From assembly GCA_035530075.1 (NCBI GenBank), contig DATKVM010000005.1, forward strand, positions 22,823 to 86,822: 64,000 bases of DNA. Reading direction: 5' to 3'. A model generated the notes under the pieces. The model searched no databases and had not been told where the DNA came from. It saw nothing but the letters and a program-made list of their open reading frames with translations. The stretch comes from Patescibacteria group bacterium (GTDB lineage Bacteria; Patescibacteriota; Microgenomatia; UM-FILTER-40-11). A program made the translations under genes and the position numbers. Position 1 is the stretch's first letter. Each line of letters begins with the position of its first letter. This document shows positions 17,009 through 27,093 of this stretch, piece after piece.

Positions 17009-18487
17009 TTAAACCCTTGCCGAACAATGCCTGGCAATATGTCTTCGGGCCTGTTGAGTCACCACAAATCTTAACCACTTTTCCGAAGGCCTCCCTCCTT
17101 CTTTATTTATTATTTTGACCAAATCACCGCTCCTAAGCTTATAATCTAAGGCCACCATTTTCCCATTGATGATTGCCGCCTGTGTCTCGTTACCTAAAGA
17201 AGAATGGATCGCATAAGCAAAATCAACCGGGGTGGCGCCCTGTGGTAAATCATAAACATCTCCCTTGGGCGAAAAAACAAAAATCCGGTGAGCCAAAGCA
17301 TCAAATTTCAAAGCTTCCATGAATTCCTGGGAACCCACTACTTCTTTCTGCCAAGAAACTAATTGTTTTACCCAAGCAAGTTTATTGCCGGGAACAAAAA
17401 ACCCCTCATCGCGCCTACTCTGGTTCACTTTAGACTTATTCTTCTCATTGGCATAAAACCAATGTGCAGCAATTCCATTTTCCGCCTCCTCATGCATTTC
17501 GAAAGTTCGGATCTGGATTTCCAAAATTCTTTCATCTAAGGAAAAAACCTTCGTATGAAGCGAACGGTAACCATTTGGTTTTGGCTGGGCAATAAAATCG
17601 GAAATGCCCTGATTAGGAACTGGTTTCCAGTGAGAGTGGATAATCCCCAAAGCCGCATAACAATCACGGACTGTTTCCACCAAAATTCTCATTGCTACTA
17701 AATCGTAAACTCGCGAAATATCCCTATTGATTTCTGGGCGCAAGAGCTTTTGCCAGAGACTATAAAGATGTTTTGGCCGGCTAGTTATCTTTGCCCGAAT
17801 GCCTTCTTTTGCCAACTCTTTGTAAATTACTCGAGTTGATTTCTTCAAAAATTCCTCTGCTTTCCGATAATGGGGCTTGGAATAATTAATCACCCACTGG
17901 TAATCCTGGGGGAAAACATAGGGAAAAGCCAAATCTTCCAACTGCCCTTTAATTTCTCCCATTCCCAACCTTTCCGCCAAAGGGCCATAGACTTCCAGGG
18001 TTTCTTTGGCATTTTTAAATTGTTTTTCCAACGGCAAATACTGCAAAGTCTGCATATTATGCAATCGATCGGCCAACTTGACCAAAATTACCCGTAAATC
18101 TTTGGCCATAGCCAAAAGCATTTTACGTAAATTCTCGACAAATTCCTCATCCGAAGAACCTCTCAGTTTAATTTGACTAATTTTGGTCACTCCCTCAACT
18201 AAACCGGCTATTTCCCGCCCGAATTCTCTTTCCAGTTCTGATAGGGAAACATTACTATCTTCTACTACATCATGCAAAAGACCAGCGGCAATCGAGACTG
18301 AACCTAAATGGTAATCAGCTAAAATATTGGCAACCGCTAAAGGGTGAATAATTACTGGCTCGCCGGAATATCTTTTTTGGCCAGCATGAGCAATCATTGC
18401 AAATTCGTAAGCTTTTCTGATAAGGCTAAAATCGGCGTCAGAGTTATGATTCTGAACCTTAACGATTAAACTGTCCAGATCATTCAT
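17009..18487 (-). CDS. RelA/SpoT (p)ppGpp synthetase/hydrolase ending after the TGS domain
   Basis: HAGQKR.SGEP, LLHDVVED, KLADRLHN, PKPNGYRSLHT, EIQIRT, TPVDFAY.IH. Confidence 0.95.
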   Translation of the reverse strand: MNDLDSLIVKVQNHNSDADFSLIRKAYEFAMIAHAGQKRYSGEPVIIHPLAVANILADYHLGSVSIAAGLLHDVVEDSNVSLSELEREFGREIAGLVEGVTKISQIKLRGSSDEEFVENLRKMLLAMAKDLRVILVKLADRLHNMQTLQYLPLEKQFKNAKETLEVYGPLAERLGMGEIKGQLEDLAFPYVFPQDYQWVINYSKPHYRKAEEFLKKSTRVIYKELAKEGIRAKITSRPKHLYSLWQKLLRPEINRDISRVYDLVAMRILVETVRDCYAALGIIHSHWKPVPNQGISDFIAQPKPNGYRSLHTKVFSLDERILEIQIRTFEMHEEAENGIAAHWFYANEKNKSKVNQSRRDEGFFVPGNKLAWVKQLVSWQKEVVGSQEFMEALKFDALAHRIFVFSPKGDVYDLPQGATPVDFAYAIHSSLGNETQAAIINGKMVALDYKLRSGDLVKIINKEGGRPSEKWLRFVVTQQARRHIARHCSARV

Positions 18488-18488
18488 C

Positions 18489-20207
18489 TTAGAACCCTTT
18501 CAAGACAGCTTTTCCTTCAAAACCATGATTGGGGACTTTGATGTCTTTGACCTTCAATTCTAATTTTTTCTCGCCCCGCCACTCATTAAGAGTTAAAGAA
18601 AAAGCTACCGCCACTTTTTCACCCCGGACTAATTGACCTGCTAAAGCCCCCTGATTAAAAGCAATCGCCGTCAAACTCCTCCCCCGGCCACCGCTTTCCT
18701 CGGGAACGGCTCTCACCGTCAAGCGCAAATGCTTGCCGAAATTCCCCACTAAACGGAAATCTTCAACTATGGCCGCACCGGCAAAAACCGGTTCAAAATT
18801 TCCCAAACCGAAAGGGGCCAATTTCCTAATATTTTCCCAAAGGTCCATTGAAATCGCCGAAAGCGGCAGCTCCAAGTCAATCTTTAAGGTTTTCTCCAAC
18901 ATCTCCGCCCCGATTTCTTTCTCCGCCAGCTCGAGTAATCTTTGTTTTAAAAGCTCAATTTTTGCTGTCTCCACCGTAAAGCCCGCTGCCATCGGATGGC
19001 CACCGGCATCAACCAAAAGCTCATTTTGCGTCCTAATCGCCTCAATAATATTAAAGCCGCTAATTGAGCGGGCCGACGCTTTTGAATAAACTTCGCCGAT
19101 AGAAAGAACCACTGCCGGCCGATAAAATTCTTCCACTAATTTTCCCGCCACTAAACCGATTATTCCCTGATTGTAGGATTCATGGCCAACAAAAATAATT
19201 TTAGACCTTGGGTCTTGGTCATTGGTCATTTTTACCGCCGCCCTCGCCGTTTCCTCGGTTAAAAGCTGCCTTTCCCGATTAGTTGTCCCTAATTTCAGGG
19301 CTAATTCTCGGGCTTTTTCCGAGCGGGGAGTGCACAAAAGCCGAAGCGATTCCAAAGCGTGTTCCATCCGCCCCATCGCGTTTAACCGGGGAGCAATGAT
19401 AAACCCGACTTCATAAGTCCCAATTTCCCCTCTTTTTAAACCAGCCTCTTCCATAATCGCCAAAAGCCCACATCGTTTAGTTCGATTTAAAGCTTCAAGG
19501 CCAAATTTAACCAGACTGCGATTAACCCCCAATAGGGGTTCTAGGTCGGCGATGGTCGCCAGGGCCACTAAATCTAAGTAGGCTTCCCCGTCGGCTATTT
19601 TTTCTGCCGTTAAAAGCTCTTTGGCAACAAACCAGGCAATCGCGGCGGCGCTAACTTTATCGGTGTGAACGACAGCCGGACCAGCCGGCCATTCTTCTCC
19701 CGGTTGATGATGGTCGCAAACAATAACATCAATTCCCAAGCTTTTAGCAAACTTTACTTTCTCCGCCGCGGTTATGCCCTGATCTACCGCGATTATTAAT
19801 CCCAGTTCTTTATTTTCCTTTTTTAATCTTTCGATAGATTCTTTATTTAAGCCATACCCTTCACTTACTCTTTCCGGAATATAAGGTAAAACTTTTTTGG
19901 TTAATCGGTAAAGGGTTTCCCACAAGATTGCCGTCGCGCAGATACCGTCAGCATCATAGTCGCCGTACACTACAATTGCTTCTTCTTTCTTAATTGCCTT
20001 CAAAATTCGAGAAACCGCTTTTTTAATTTCCTTCTCGTCTATCCCTAAATCCTTCGCCGTCATTTTGTTTGGCTGAACCGGGCTTAAAAATTCCTCAATT
20101 TCGCGCTCAGTTTTTAACCCCCGGTTTTCCAGCAAAGCTTTAATAACGGCGCCATTTTTATCTTTCGGAACCTGAACATTAGACTGATTTAAAATTGTCC
20201 ATTTCAT
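18489..20207 (-). CDS. recJ: Single-stranded-DNA exonuclease RecJ
   Basis: GDYDADG, DHH, APRLNAMGR, GGHPMAAG. Confidence 0.97.
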   Translation of the reverse strand: MKWTILNQSNVQVPKDKNGAVIKALLENRGLKTEREIEEFLSPVQPNKMTAKDLGIDEKEIKKAVSRILKAIKKEEAIVVYGDYDADGICATAILWETLYRLTKKVLPYIPERVSEGYGLNKESIERLKKENKELGLIIAVDQGITAAEKVKFAKSLGIDVIVCDHHQPGEEWPAGPAVVHTDKVSAAAIAWFVAKELLTAEKIADGEAYLDLVALATIADLEPLLGVNRSLVKFGLEALNRTKRCGLLAIMEEAGLKRGEIGTYEVGFIIAPRLNAMGRMEHALESLRLLCTPRSEKARELALKLGTTNRERQLLTEETARAAVKMTNDQDPRSKIIFVGHESYNQGIIGLVAGKLVEEFYRPAVVLSIGEVYSKASARSISGFNIIEAIRTQNELLVDAGGHPMAAGFTVETAKIELLKQRLLELAEKEIGAEMLEKTLKIDLELPLSAISMDLWENIRKLAPFGLGNFEPVFAGAAIVEDFRLVGNFGKHLRLTVRAVPEESGGRGRSLTAIAFNQGALAGQLVRGEKVAVAFSLTLNEWRGEKKLELKVKDIKVPNHGFEGKAVLKGF

Positions 20208-20246
20208 GCTTAATTTATATCATTACAAGTAGTATAATTCTAGCAT

Positions 20247-21617
20247 ATGAGACAAACTCTTCCCGAAGAATTAGCTAAAAAAGTTCCGGTTCCAGTATTC
20301 ACTATCTTCGAGAAATTTCGCCAAACAGGCTTTGAAATTTATCTCGTTGGCGGCGCCGTCCGCGATTTGCTTCTTAATCGGGAAATTCATGATGCCGATT
20401 TTACCACTAATGCCCGGCCGGAAGAAATCCAAAAAATCTTTCCCGAGAGTTTTTATGACAATATTTTCGGAACCGTCAGACTAATGGTTAAAACCGGGAA
20501 GGACGAGGAAAAATATGAAATCACCACTTACCGGACAGAGATGGGTTATACCGACAAAAGACGACCGGATCAGATTTTTTGGGGAAAAACGCTCGAAGAT
20601 GATTTAAAAAGAAGAGAGTTGACAATTAATGCCATGGTGATTGGCCCGACGAGGGAACAGCCGTTGGAATTAGTCGATCTTTTTGGTGGCCAGGAGGATT
20701 TGGGAAAGAAAATTATCCGGGCCGTTGGTAATCCCGACGAGCGATTCTCTGAAGATGCTTTGCGGATGATGCGGGCTATTCGCTTTGCCAGCCAGTTGGG
20801 CTTTGCTATTGAGCCCAAAACCTTCGCCGCCATTCAAAAAAACGCTAAACTCATCAAATTTATTTCCTGGGAAAGAATCCGCGATGAGCTTTTGGGGATA
20901 TTGGCCAGTGATTTTCCCAGCGACGGGATTACCCTGCTTTACAGCGCCTGTTTGCTGGAATATATTCTTCCCGAGCTAATTCCCGCTTACGGCGTGGCTC
21001 AAGCCAAACACCATATATATGATGTCTGGACTCACTCTTTAATGTCTTTAAAATCAACTCCCAGCCAAGACCCGCTAGTGCGTTTGGCGACTTTAATCCA
21101 TGATATTGGCAAGCCGGTGGTAGCGAAAGGCATTGGCGAAGCCCGCACTTTTCACAATCACGAAGTAGTCGGTGCCCATTTGGCGGAAAAAATCGCCAGA
21201 CGGCTTAAGTTTTCCAAAAAAGACGAAGAAAAACTGGTAACTTTAGTCCGCCGGCATCAGTTCACCGTTGACGAGCGGCAGACTGATGCCGCCATCCGCC
21301 GATTTATTAGAAACGTCGGCAAAGAAAATCTGGCTGATATTTTAGCCCTGAGAATTGGCGACCGACTGGGTGGAGGAGCGAAAGAAACTTCCTGGCGCTT
21401 GGAAAAATTCAAAAAAAGGCTTGAGGAAGTCCAAAAGCAACCTTTTACCGTTGCCGACATAAAAGTCAACGGCTTTGACGTGATGAAAATTTTAGGCCTT
21501 AAACCCGGTCCGGAAATAGGCAAAATTTTAAACCGGCTTTTTGAAGAAGTGGTGGAGAAAAAAACCCCCAATGAAAGAGAAGCCCTTTTAAAAAGACTCA
21601 AAGAAATTAAGCTCTAA
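20247..21617 (+). CDS. cca: CCA tRNA nucleotidyltransferase with HD domain
   Basis: VGGAVRD, D.DFTT, DLKRRELTINA, RFSEDALR, HDIGKP. Confidence 0.93.
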   Translation: MRQTLPEELAKKVPVPVFTIFEKFRQTGFEIYLVGGAVRDLLLNREIHDADFTTNARPEEIQKIFPESFYDNIFGTVRLMVKTGKDEEKYEITTYRTEMGYTDKRRPDQIFWGKTLEDDLKRRELTINAMVIGPTREQPLELVDLFGGQEDLGKKIIRAVGNPDERFSEDALRMMRAIRFASQLGFAIEPKTFAAIQKNAKLIKFISWERIRDELLGILASDFPSDGITLLYSACLLEYILPELIPAYGVAQAKHHIYDVWTHSLMSLKSTPSQDPLVRLATLIHDIGKPVVAKGIGEARTFHNHEVVGAHLAEKIARRLKFSKKDEEKLVTLVRRHQFTVDERQTDAAIRRFIRNVGKENLADILALRIGDRLGGGAKETSWRLEKFKKRLEEVQKQPFTVADIKVNGFDVMKILGLKPGPEIGKILNRLFEEVVEKKTPNEREALLKRLKEIKL

Positions 21618-22509
21618 CTAGTCGGCGGTTCACTTTGAGTGCTTTTAGGTCTTGCCAAACCACCAAAAGCGGCGCGGCGGTGAAGGTGGAAGAATAAGTG
21701 CCGGAAATGGTGCCAATAAGGAGAGCTAGAGTAAACCATTTAATGGTTGAACCGCCTAAAAGATAAAGGGCAATGAGCATAAAAATAATCGTCATTGAAT
21801 TATTAATGGACCGGGAAAGGGTTTCCGTGATTGCCTTATTCACCAAACTCTCAAAAGGAACTGCTGGGAATTTCTTTTGCGACTCCCGAATCCGATCGTA
21901 AACCACTACCGTATCATGAACGGAAAAAGAAAGCACGGTTAAAACGGCCGTCACAAAAAGGGTATCCGCTTCCACCCCGGCAAAATGCCCCAACAAGCTA
22001 AAAGTTCCTAAAAGCACCAGCGAATCATGAAACATCGCCAAAATAGCGGAGACACCAAACATTGGGTCTTTAAATTGCCGCCAAACATATAAAAGAATAA
22101 AACTCGCCGCCAAGACAATGGCCACTACCGTTTTACGAATAAGCTCCTTACCTAAAATTGGACCGACTGTCTCAAACCGAAGTTCTGCCGGCTTTTCTGC
22201 CGCTACCTCGGCTACTGCCGCAATTAGCGAGATCGCTTTCTCTCGCTCCATTGGTTTGGCTCGAAGAAGAAGGCGGTTTTCTCCCGAAAGTTGGACCGAA
22301 GAAATTTCTTCTTCTTGCTCACTCACCGCTTTAGTAATTTCCTTATACGTTCCCTCGTCAATTTTTTTCTGAAACTGCAGTTCCAAAATGGAACCGCCGG
22401 TAAAATCAATCGACGGCTTTAAACCCCAACGAAAAAGCGAGAATAATCCCGGCAAAATCACCAGCGCCGAGATAAAAAAGTAAAGCCATTTAAATTTCAT
22501 AAAATTCAT
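21607..22509 (-). CDS. secF: Protein translocase subunit SecF
   Basis: IDFTGG, VGP.LG.EL, SVHDTVVVYDRIRE, GTYSS. Confidence 0.97.
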   Translation of the reverse strand: MNFMKFKWLYFFISALVILPGLFSLFRWGLKPSIDFTGGSILELQFQKKIDEGTYKEITKAVSEQEEEISSVQLSGENRLLLRAKPMEREKAISLIAAVAEVAAEKPAELRFETVGPILGKELIRKTVVAIVLAASFILLYVWRQFKDPMFGVSAILAMFHDSLVLLGTFSLLGHFAGVEADTLFVTAVLTVLSFSVHDTVVVYDRIRESQKKFPAVPFESLVNKAITETLSRSINNSMTIIFMLIALYLLGGSTIKWFTLALLIGTISGTYSSTFTAAPLLVVWQDLKALKVNRRLVRA

Positions 22510-22513
22510 ACTT

Positions 22514-23854
22514 TTACCCCTGGTACAAAATTCTCACTAAATTTCTAGTCACCACAATTCCCGTAAATAAAGAAACGGCAATTCCCAAGGCCAAAGTTAA
22601 AGCAAAGCCTCTAACCATTCCCGACGCGTTTAAGAAATTCCAATTAAAGGGATTAAACAAAATAAAAGCGGTGATTAAAGTACAGATATTCGCGTCGCGA
22701 ATTGAATCCCAGGCGCGGCCAAAACCCAGCTCCATCGCCATCGACAAAGCTTTCCCCGTCCTTATCTCTTCTTTCATTCGCTCAAAAATTAGAATGTTTG
22801 AATCGACCGCCATTCCCACTGAAAGTAAAAACCCGGCCACTCCCGGTAAAGTTAAAGTGACTCCGACCAGCTTATAAATTGCCACTGTTATTAAGGCGTA
22901 ACTTATCAGCGCCAAATCGGCCAAACCCCCCAGCTTGCCATAGTAAGCCCACATAAACGCCATTACCAAGGCCAAGCCGATAATTCCCGCCCGAATTGAC
23001 TTTTGGACTGATTCTTCTCCCAGCGTCGCCCCCACATTCCGCTGCTCGATTAGTCTAATCGGCACCGGCAGTGCCCCGGCATTCAATTGAACCGACAGCT
23101 TCTGCGCCTCCTGGCGAGTAAAGCCGCCTTTAATCACCGCCTGGCCGGTTGTAATCGGCTCTTCCACTTTAGGAGTCGAAATGGGCGTCTCGTCTAAAAA
23201 TATCGCGACTATCCGACCGGTATTTTTAGTCGTAATTTCTCCAAATTTTTTGGCTCCTTCGGCGTTAAATTCTAAACCAACGACGGGACTGCCGGTATTG
23301 GGGTCAAATTGCACTGAAGCTTTCTTTAAGTCTTTGCCCGTCAAATTGGTCTTGAGAAGGAACTCGCCACTTTTGGAAGCGGCTTCTTGATCGGGATTTT
23401 CTTCCCAAAATTCTAATTGGGCGGTTTTGCCAATTAAATCGATGGCCTGATTGGCATCCTTTACTCCCGGCAATTCCACCACTAGCCGATAATCCTTGTC
23501 TGTTCTGGCCGTTTGGACAGTGGCTTCGCTCACTCCAAAAAAATTGACCCTTTTCTCAATATTTCGCTGAGCGGCCAAAAGGGCCTCCTCGCGATTGGCC
23601 TCTTCTACCCCGTTCATATCAGCGGTGAAAACCAAATGAGTTCCCCCTTGCAAATCCAAGCCTTTTTTGATTTCTAGCGGCCGACGGAAATTAATCGGAC
23701 CAATTTTAAAATCTAGGTTTTCAAAAGAGAGCTTTTGGTCAATTTTCAATTGACCGAGGGAAAAACGCAAATGAAAATCCTTCGGTAAATCAATAAAAAA
23801 GGAAAAAAGAACCAAAAAAATTATTAGCCAGAGAATCGACTTTTTTTTCTGCAT
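22514..23854 (-). CDS. secD: Protein translocase subunit SecD
   Basis: GLDLQGG, LNAGALPVP, GMAVDSNILIFER. Confidence 0.97.
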   Translation of the reverse strand: MQKKKSILWLIIFLVLFSFFIDLPKDFHLRFSLGQLKIDQKLSFENLDFKIGPINFRRPLEIKKGLDLQGGTHLVFTADMNGVEEANREEALLAAQRNIEKRVNFFGVSEATVQTARTDKDYRLVVELPGVKDANQAIDLIGKTAQLEFWEENPDQEAASKSGEFLLKTNLTGKDLKKASVQFDPNTGSPVVGLEFNAEGAKKFGEITTKNTGRIVAIFLDETPISTPKVEEPITTGQAVIKGGFTRQEAQKLSVQLNAGALPVPIRLIEQRNVGATLGEESVQKSIRAGIIGLALVMAFMWAYYGKLGGLADLALISYALITVAIYKLVGVTLTLPGVAGFLLSVGMAVDSNILIFERMKEEIRTGKALSMAMELGFGRAWDSIRDANICTLITAFILFNPFNWNFLNASGMVRGFALTLALGIAVSLFTGIVVTRNLVRILYQG

Positions 23855-23870
23855 CTTCCGAACATTCTTT

Positions 23871-24086
23871 TCAGCTTTTAGGCCGCTTTGCTTTTCTTCT
23901 AGTTTTAAGAAAATTTTCCGAAAGCGGCAGCTGTTTCATCCCGGAAAAAAGGTAAGTAATTTCCCCTTTCTCTGTTTTAATCTCTAATTCTACCTCATCA
24001 CCCGGCCGGATGCCAACCAAATCGACAAATTCCCAAGGAATAGTCACCGCTAAGGAATTTCCCGTTTTAATTACTTTCTGGGCCAT
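23871..24086 (-). CDS. AbrB/MazE/SpoVT family DNA-binding protein
   Basis: KVIKTGNSLAVTIP..G.RPGDEV. Confidence 0.88.
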   Translation of the reverse strand: MAQKVIKTGNSLAVTIPWEFVDLVGIRPGDEVELEIKTEKGEITYLFSGMKQLPLSENFLKTRRKAKRPKS

Positions 24087-24106
24087 TTTTACCCAATCGT
24101 CGGCAA

Positions 24107-24682
24107 TTACCTCATTAGTTCCTCTTCATCGCCGATAATCATTACTTTGGTACTACTCAAAATCCCCAACAAAAACGGATCTCTCCTTTTTTTGCGAAAC
24201 TCAAATTCCTCGTTAGCCATCACTGTATAATTAATCTCCTGGTCTCTTTTCTCTTCTTCCGCTTTCACTAAAGCCGCCAGTTCCACCATGACCACCTCTC
24301 CCACAACTAAAATATCAACTTCTTCTTCTTTACGCGGCAATCGACGGACAAATTTTCCCGAAAAGACACAAAAGGTAATCTTCCCAATTCGGTTTCGATT
24401 TTTAATAATCTGTTCTCCCAAGCCGGTTTCCTTAGCCACCATGGCGAGGAGTTGGTCATAAAGAGAGTAGTTGGGATTAAGCCAATAATAGAGACGGTTA
24501 CCACGCGGCTCTTTCTTCAGGAGTCCCACTTCTTCCAAATGTTGGAGTTCTCGGCGAACAGCATTAATTTCCTCTCCGATTTTTCTCACTAAATCACGTA
24601 CGTGGTAAAGCCCCGCCGAGTTGGCAAAAAACAAATCCAGGAGCTTAACCCGAACTTTGGAAACAACAATGTCTTTCAACAT
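24107..24682 (-). CDS. Winged-HTH plus nucleotidyltransferase-like domain protein (CPR-type)
   Basis: SKVRVKLL..HVRDLVR...EINAVRREL; FSGKF..VDILVVG; EINYTVM. Confidence 0.7.
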   Translation of the reverse strand: MLKDIVVSKVRVKLLDLFFANSAGLYHVRDLVRKIGEEINAVRRELQHLEEVGLLKKEPRGNRLYYWLNPNYSLYDQLLAMVAKETGLGEQIIKNRNRIGKITFCVFSGKFVRRLPRKEEEVDILVVGEVVMVELAALVKAEEEKRDQEINYTVMANEEFEFRKKRRDPFLLGILSSTKVMIIGDEEELMR

Positions 24683-24723
24683 CTCTTTCTGAAGGGCAGG
24701 AATTAGCTTATCTGAAACAAGTT

Positions 24724-25923
24724 TTAATAGTTAACCTTGCCGGTGGTAGGCAGAATTTCAATCCAAACCAAACCGCGATTGAACTTAATCTCCTTTCCCC
24801 GATCATCAAAAAACAGCGTTCTGTCTGTCCGCGATTTTTTCGACCACTTGCCTTCAATCACTTGTCCGTCCAGGAAAATTAAAGCTTTCCCGGTTCCGAT
24901 AGTCTCATAGAGCAAGTGTTTATGTTCGTCCACCGGCCCTTTTTCTTGAGCAAACTGAATTACCACATTTTTTGCCGCTAGTTGCTCTTTAGTATTAAAG
25001 TCAGTGTGCGGCTCTCCGCCATTATACCTTTTGTAGGCATTGCTCGCTTTGTCATATTCCCAACGAACTCGGTAAGCTTTATAATCGCGCCAGAAATCAA
25101 ACTCCGGTGAAACGGAACCGGCCGACGGGGAGTCGTCTTTAAATTGCCAAGAACGGAAATTTTTATCCCAGGAGACCCCTTTGTAATTAACGCTAGTTAA
25201 CTTTCTCTCCGCGGCGGTCGCCCAGAGCGCTTCGCTGCTGCAATACATTGAATGCTCGGTCGCCACCGGATGGCCAAGGCGGTCCGGTTCTCGTCGACAA
25301 ACGCGGAAACCCAAGGCAAACTGGTCCAAATCAGAGCGAGTTTCTTTGTTCTTCCATCCATAAGTGCCGATTTGGCAAAGCGCTTTGGCTTTGGGGTCAA
25401 CTGTCGGATCATTGCATTGGCCGGCGCCGCCGACATGAGTATATAAAGGATAGTCACCATATTCTGAAACCCAATCCAAAAAGTAAGTGCGGGCCGAGCG
25501 AACTGGACCCAAATCATAATCGCCTTGCAGAGCATAAGCCGCTTGACCGCAGTAAAAGACCGCCATTAAGCGGGTTATCGCCCCTTCCGCCACTGCCTCG
25601 TAAACAACATCCGCTCGACTTAAGCCGGATTGCGGCCGGGATTCTTCGTGGTTTTCAATCATTACCAGAAGCGGTCGCCTCCCTTCCCATAAATTCTTCT
25701 CCGTCTTCGTATATTTTGCCCCATTGAGAGGACAGGCTTGATCTTTCGGCCCGGTTAATACCGGAAAGCGAGAACCGGCTCCCGGAGTTGTGGTTGCCGT
25801 CGGCGTCGGACTCTCGAAAATTGAAGACCGGTTTTTTAGAAAACCAAAAGCGACTACCGAAACCCCGGCAGACAATAAATAAACCCCGACTAACAAAAGG
25901 ACCAAGTTTAGTTTTTTATTCAT
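24724..25923 (-). CDS. DUF3048 (YerB-like) domain protein
   Basis: RPLLVMIENH..SRPQSGL..AD.VYE...EG.ITR, GPVRSAR. Confidence 0.9.
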   Translation of the reverse strand: MNKKLNLVLLLVGVYLLSAGVSVVAFGFLKNRSSIFESPTPTATTTPGAGSRFPVLTGPKDQACPLNGAKYTKTEKNLWEGRRPLLVMIENHEESRPQSGLSRADVVYEAVAEGAITRLMAVFYCGQAAYALQGDYDLGPVRSARTYFLDWVSEYGDYPLYTHVGGAGQCNDPTVDPKAKALCQIGTYGWKNKETRSDLDQFALGFRVCRREPDRLGHPVATEHSMYCSSEALWATAAERKLTSVNYKGVSWDKNFRSWQFKDDSPSAGSVSPEFDFWRDYKAYRVRWEYDKASNAYKRYNGGEPHTDFNTKEQLAAKNVVIQFAQEKGPVDEHKHLLYETIGTGKALIFLDGQVIEGKWSKKSRTDRTLFFDDRGKEIKFNRGLVWIEILPTTGKVNY

Positions 25924-25955
25924 AAGGAAAGACCTTGCTATATTATAATAACTTT

Positions 25956-26435
25956 TCACTTCTTGCCTTTTTTCTGAGCCTCGACGACAGCTTGCACTTC
26001 CTCCTTAGAAAATTCGTATCCCGTTTCTTTTCCCTGAGTTACCGGTTTGGCAAAAACCCGAGTGGAATCGCGACTGTGTAAACTAGTGATAACAAAACCA
26101 TTATTGTAATTGTCTAAAAGCGCCAACACAAAGCTTTGATTGCCCCCCGTATCGGCAAAAGGATTATAGCGAACTAAACCAATTTTTTGAATATGGCTGT
26201 TGCCTTCAATCTTCAGCTCTTCCAGCTTCTTTTCCAACTCAGCGCTTAATCCCTCTCCTTTTTTGATCGCCGTTAAGACTTCGTCTAAAAGGACTTTTAA
26301 ATCCTTTTCGCTTACTCCTTTAGTTAAACGGGCAAAAGTTTTATAAACCCGAATCAAAAGAAAGGTAAGTGCTCCCAGCCAAGTAAAAACCAACAAAACC
26401 GTCACCAAAAATGTTGTTTCCGCAAAGTCCGGCAT
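25956..26435 (-). CDS. DUF4446 family protein
   Basis: QKIGLVRYNPF.DTGGNQSF.LALLD, R.FAKP, S.EE. Confidence 0.88.
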   Translation of the reverse strand: MPDFAETTFLVTVLLVFTWLGALTFLLIRVYKTFARLTKGVSEKDLKVLLDEVLTAIKKGEGLSAELEKKLEELKIEGNSHIQKIGLVRYNPFADTGGNQSFVLALLDNYNNGFVITSLHSRDSTRVFAKPVTQGKETGYEFSKEEVQAVVEAQKKGKK

Positions 26436-26473
26436 CTTTAGCAATTGTAAGAGCAACAAATATCAAAGTCAAT

Positions 26474-26507
26474 CCTTCGACAAGTTCACCCTGAGCGTAG
26501 CCGAAGG
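26474..26507. repeat. REP-like palindrome CCTTCGACAAGTTCA-CCC-TGAGCGTAGCCGAAGG
   Basis: Same CCTTCGAC...GTCGAAGG family as the copies inside miaA. Confidence 0.65.
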
Positions 26508-26546
26508 GCTAGACAAATTTTTTTCTCTTGTGATATATTGAACGCG

Positions 26547-26858
26547 ATGGGAAAAAAAACGAAAAAAGAGAAAATTATCGCCGATTTAAGGAGAAAGGTC
26601 CAAGCGGTTCAATCCCAAGCTTCTCCGGCTCCGGCGAATAAAACCCCTCTTTTATCGGCCATAGATGAACCCAAAAAAGATAATTTTCCTCTCAAACCAA
26701 CATTTCAAACTCCATCTCTCTATATCTATCCCGTTCAACTAATTCGAAAAGACTTGACAAAAACTTTTCTCTTGTCCATACTGGCAATCAGCCTCGAGGT
26801 AGCTTTGTTTTTGCTTCTCGAGAAACACTTGGTTCTGCCCTTCAGAATCAGTTTTTAG
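26547..26858 (+). CDS. Hypothetical protein with a C-terminal TM helix
   Basis: K.TKKEKIIADLRR...IRKDL.KT..L pattern. Confidence 0.65.
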   Translation: MGKKTKKEKIIADLRRKVQAVQSQASPAPANKTPLLSAIDEPKKDNFPLKPTFQTPSLYIYPVQLIRKDLTKTFLLSILAISLEVALFLLLEKHLVLPFRISF

Positions 26859-26879
26859 GAGGGAGGTGAAGGAGAGACT

Positions 26880-27023
26880 ATGACAACTATGTACTGCGTG
26901 AAGTGCCGCGGCAAAAAGGAAGTCGCCAATCCGGAAAAAGTAACCATGAAAAACGGTAAACCGGCGATGAAAGCTAAATGTCCTGATTGCGGCACTCAGA
27001 TGTTCAAAATTGGCGCTGCCTAA
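26880..27023 (+). CDS. DUF5679 small zinc-ribbon protein (47 aa, absent from the ORF track)
   Basis: MTTMYCVKCRGKKEVANPEKVTMKNGKPAMKAKCPDCGTQMFKIGAA; SD GGAGGTGA; terminator follows. Confidence 0.85.
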   Translation: MTTMYCVKCRGKKEVANPEKVTMKNGKPAMKAKCPDCGTQMFKIGAA

Positions 27024-27043
27024 ATTGGGATTTTTGAGAAATC

Positions 27044-27072
27044 AAACCCCCCGTCAGGAAGCGGGGGGTTTT
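27044..27072. terminator. Intrinsic terminator, probably bidirectional
   Basis: AAACCCCCCG-TCAGGAAG-CGGGGGGTTTT between convergent genes. Confidence 0.85.
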
Positions 27073-27093
27073 GGGTCTTAAAGGAGCTTTTTC

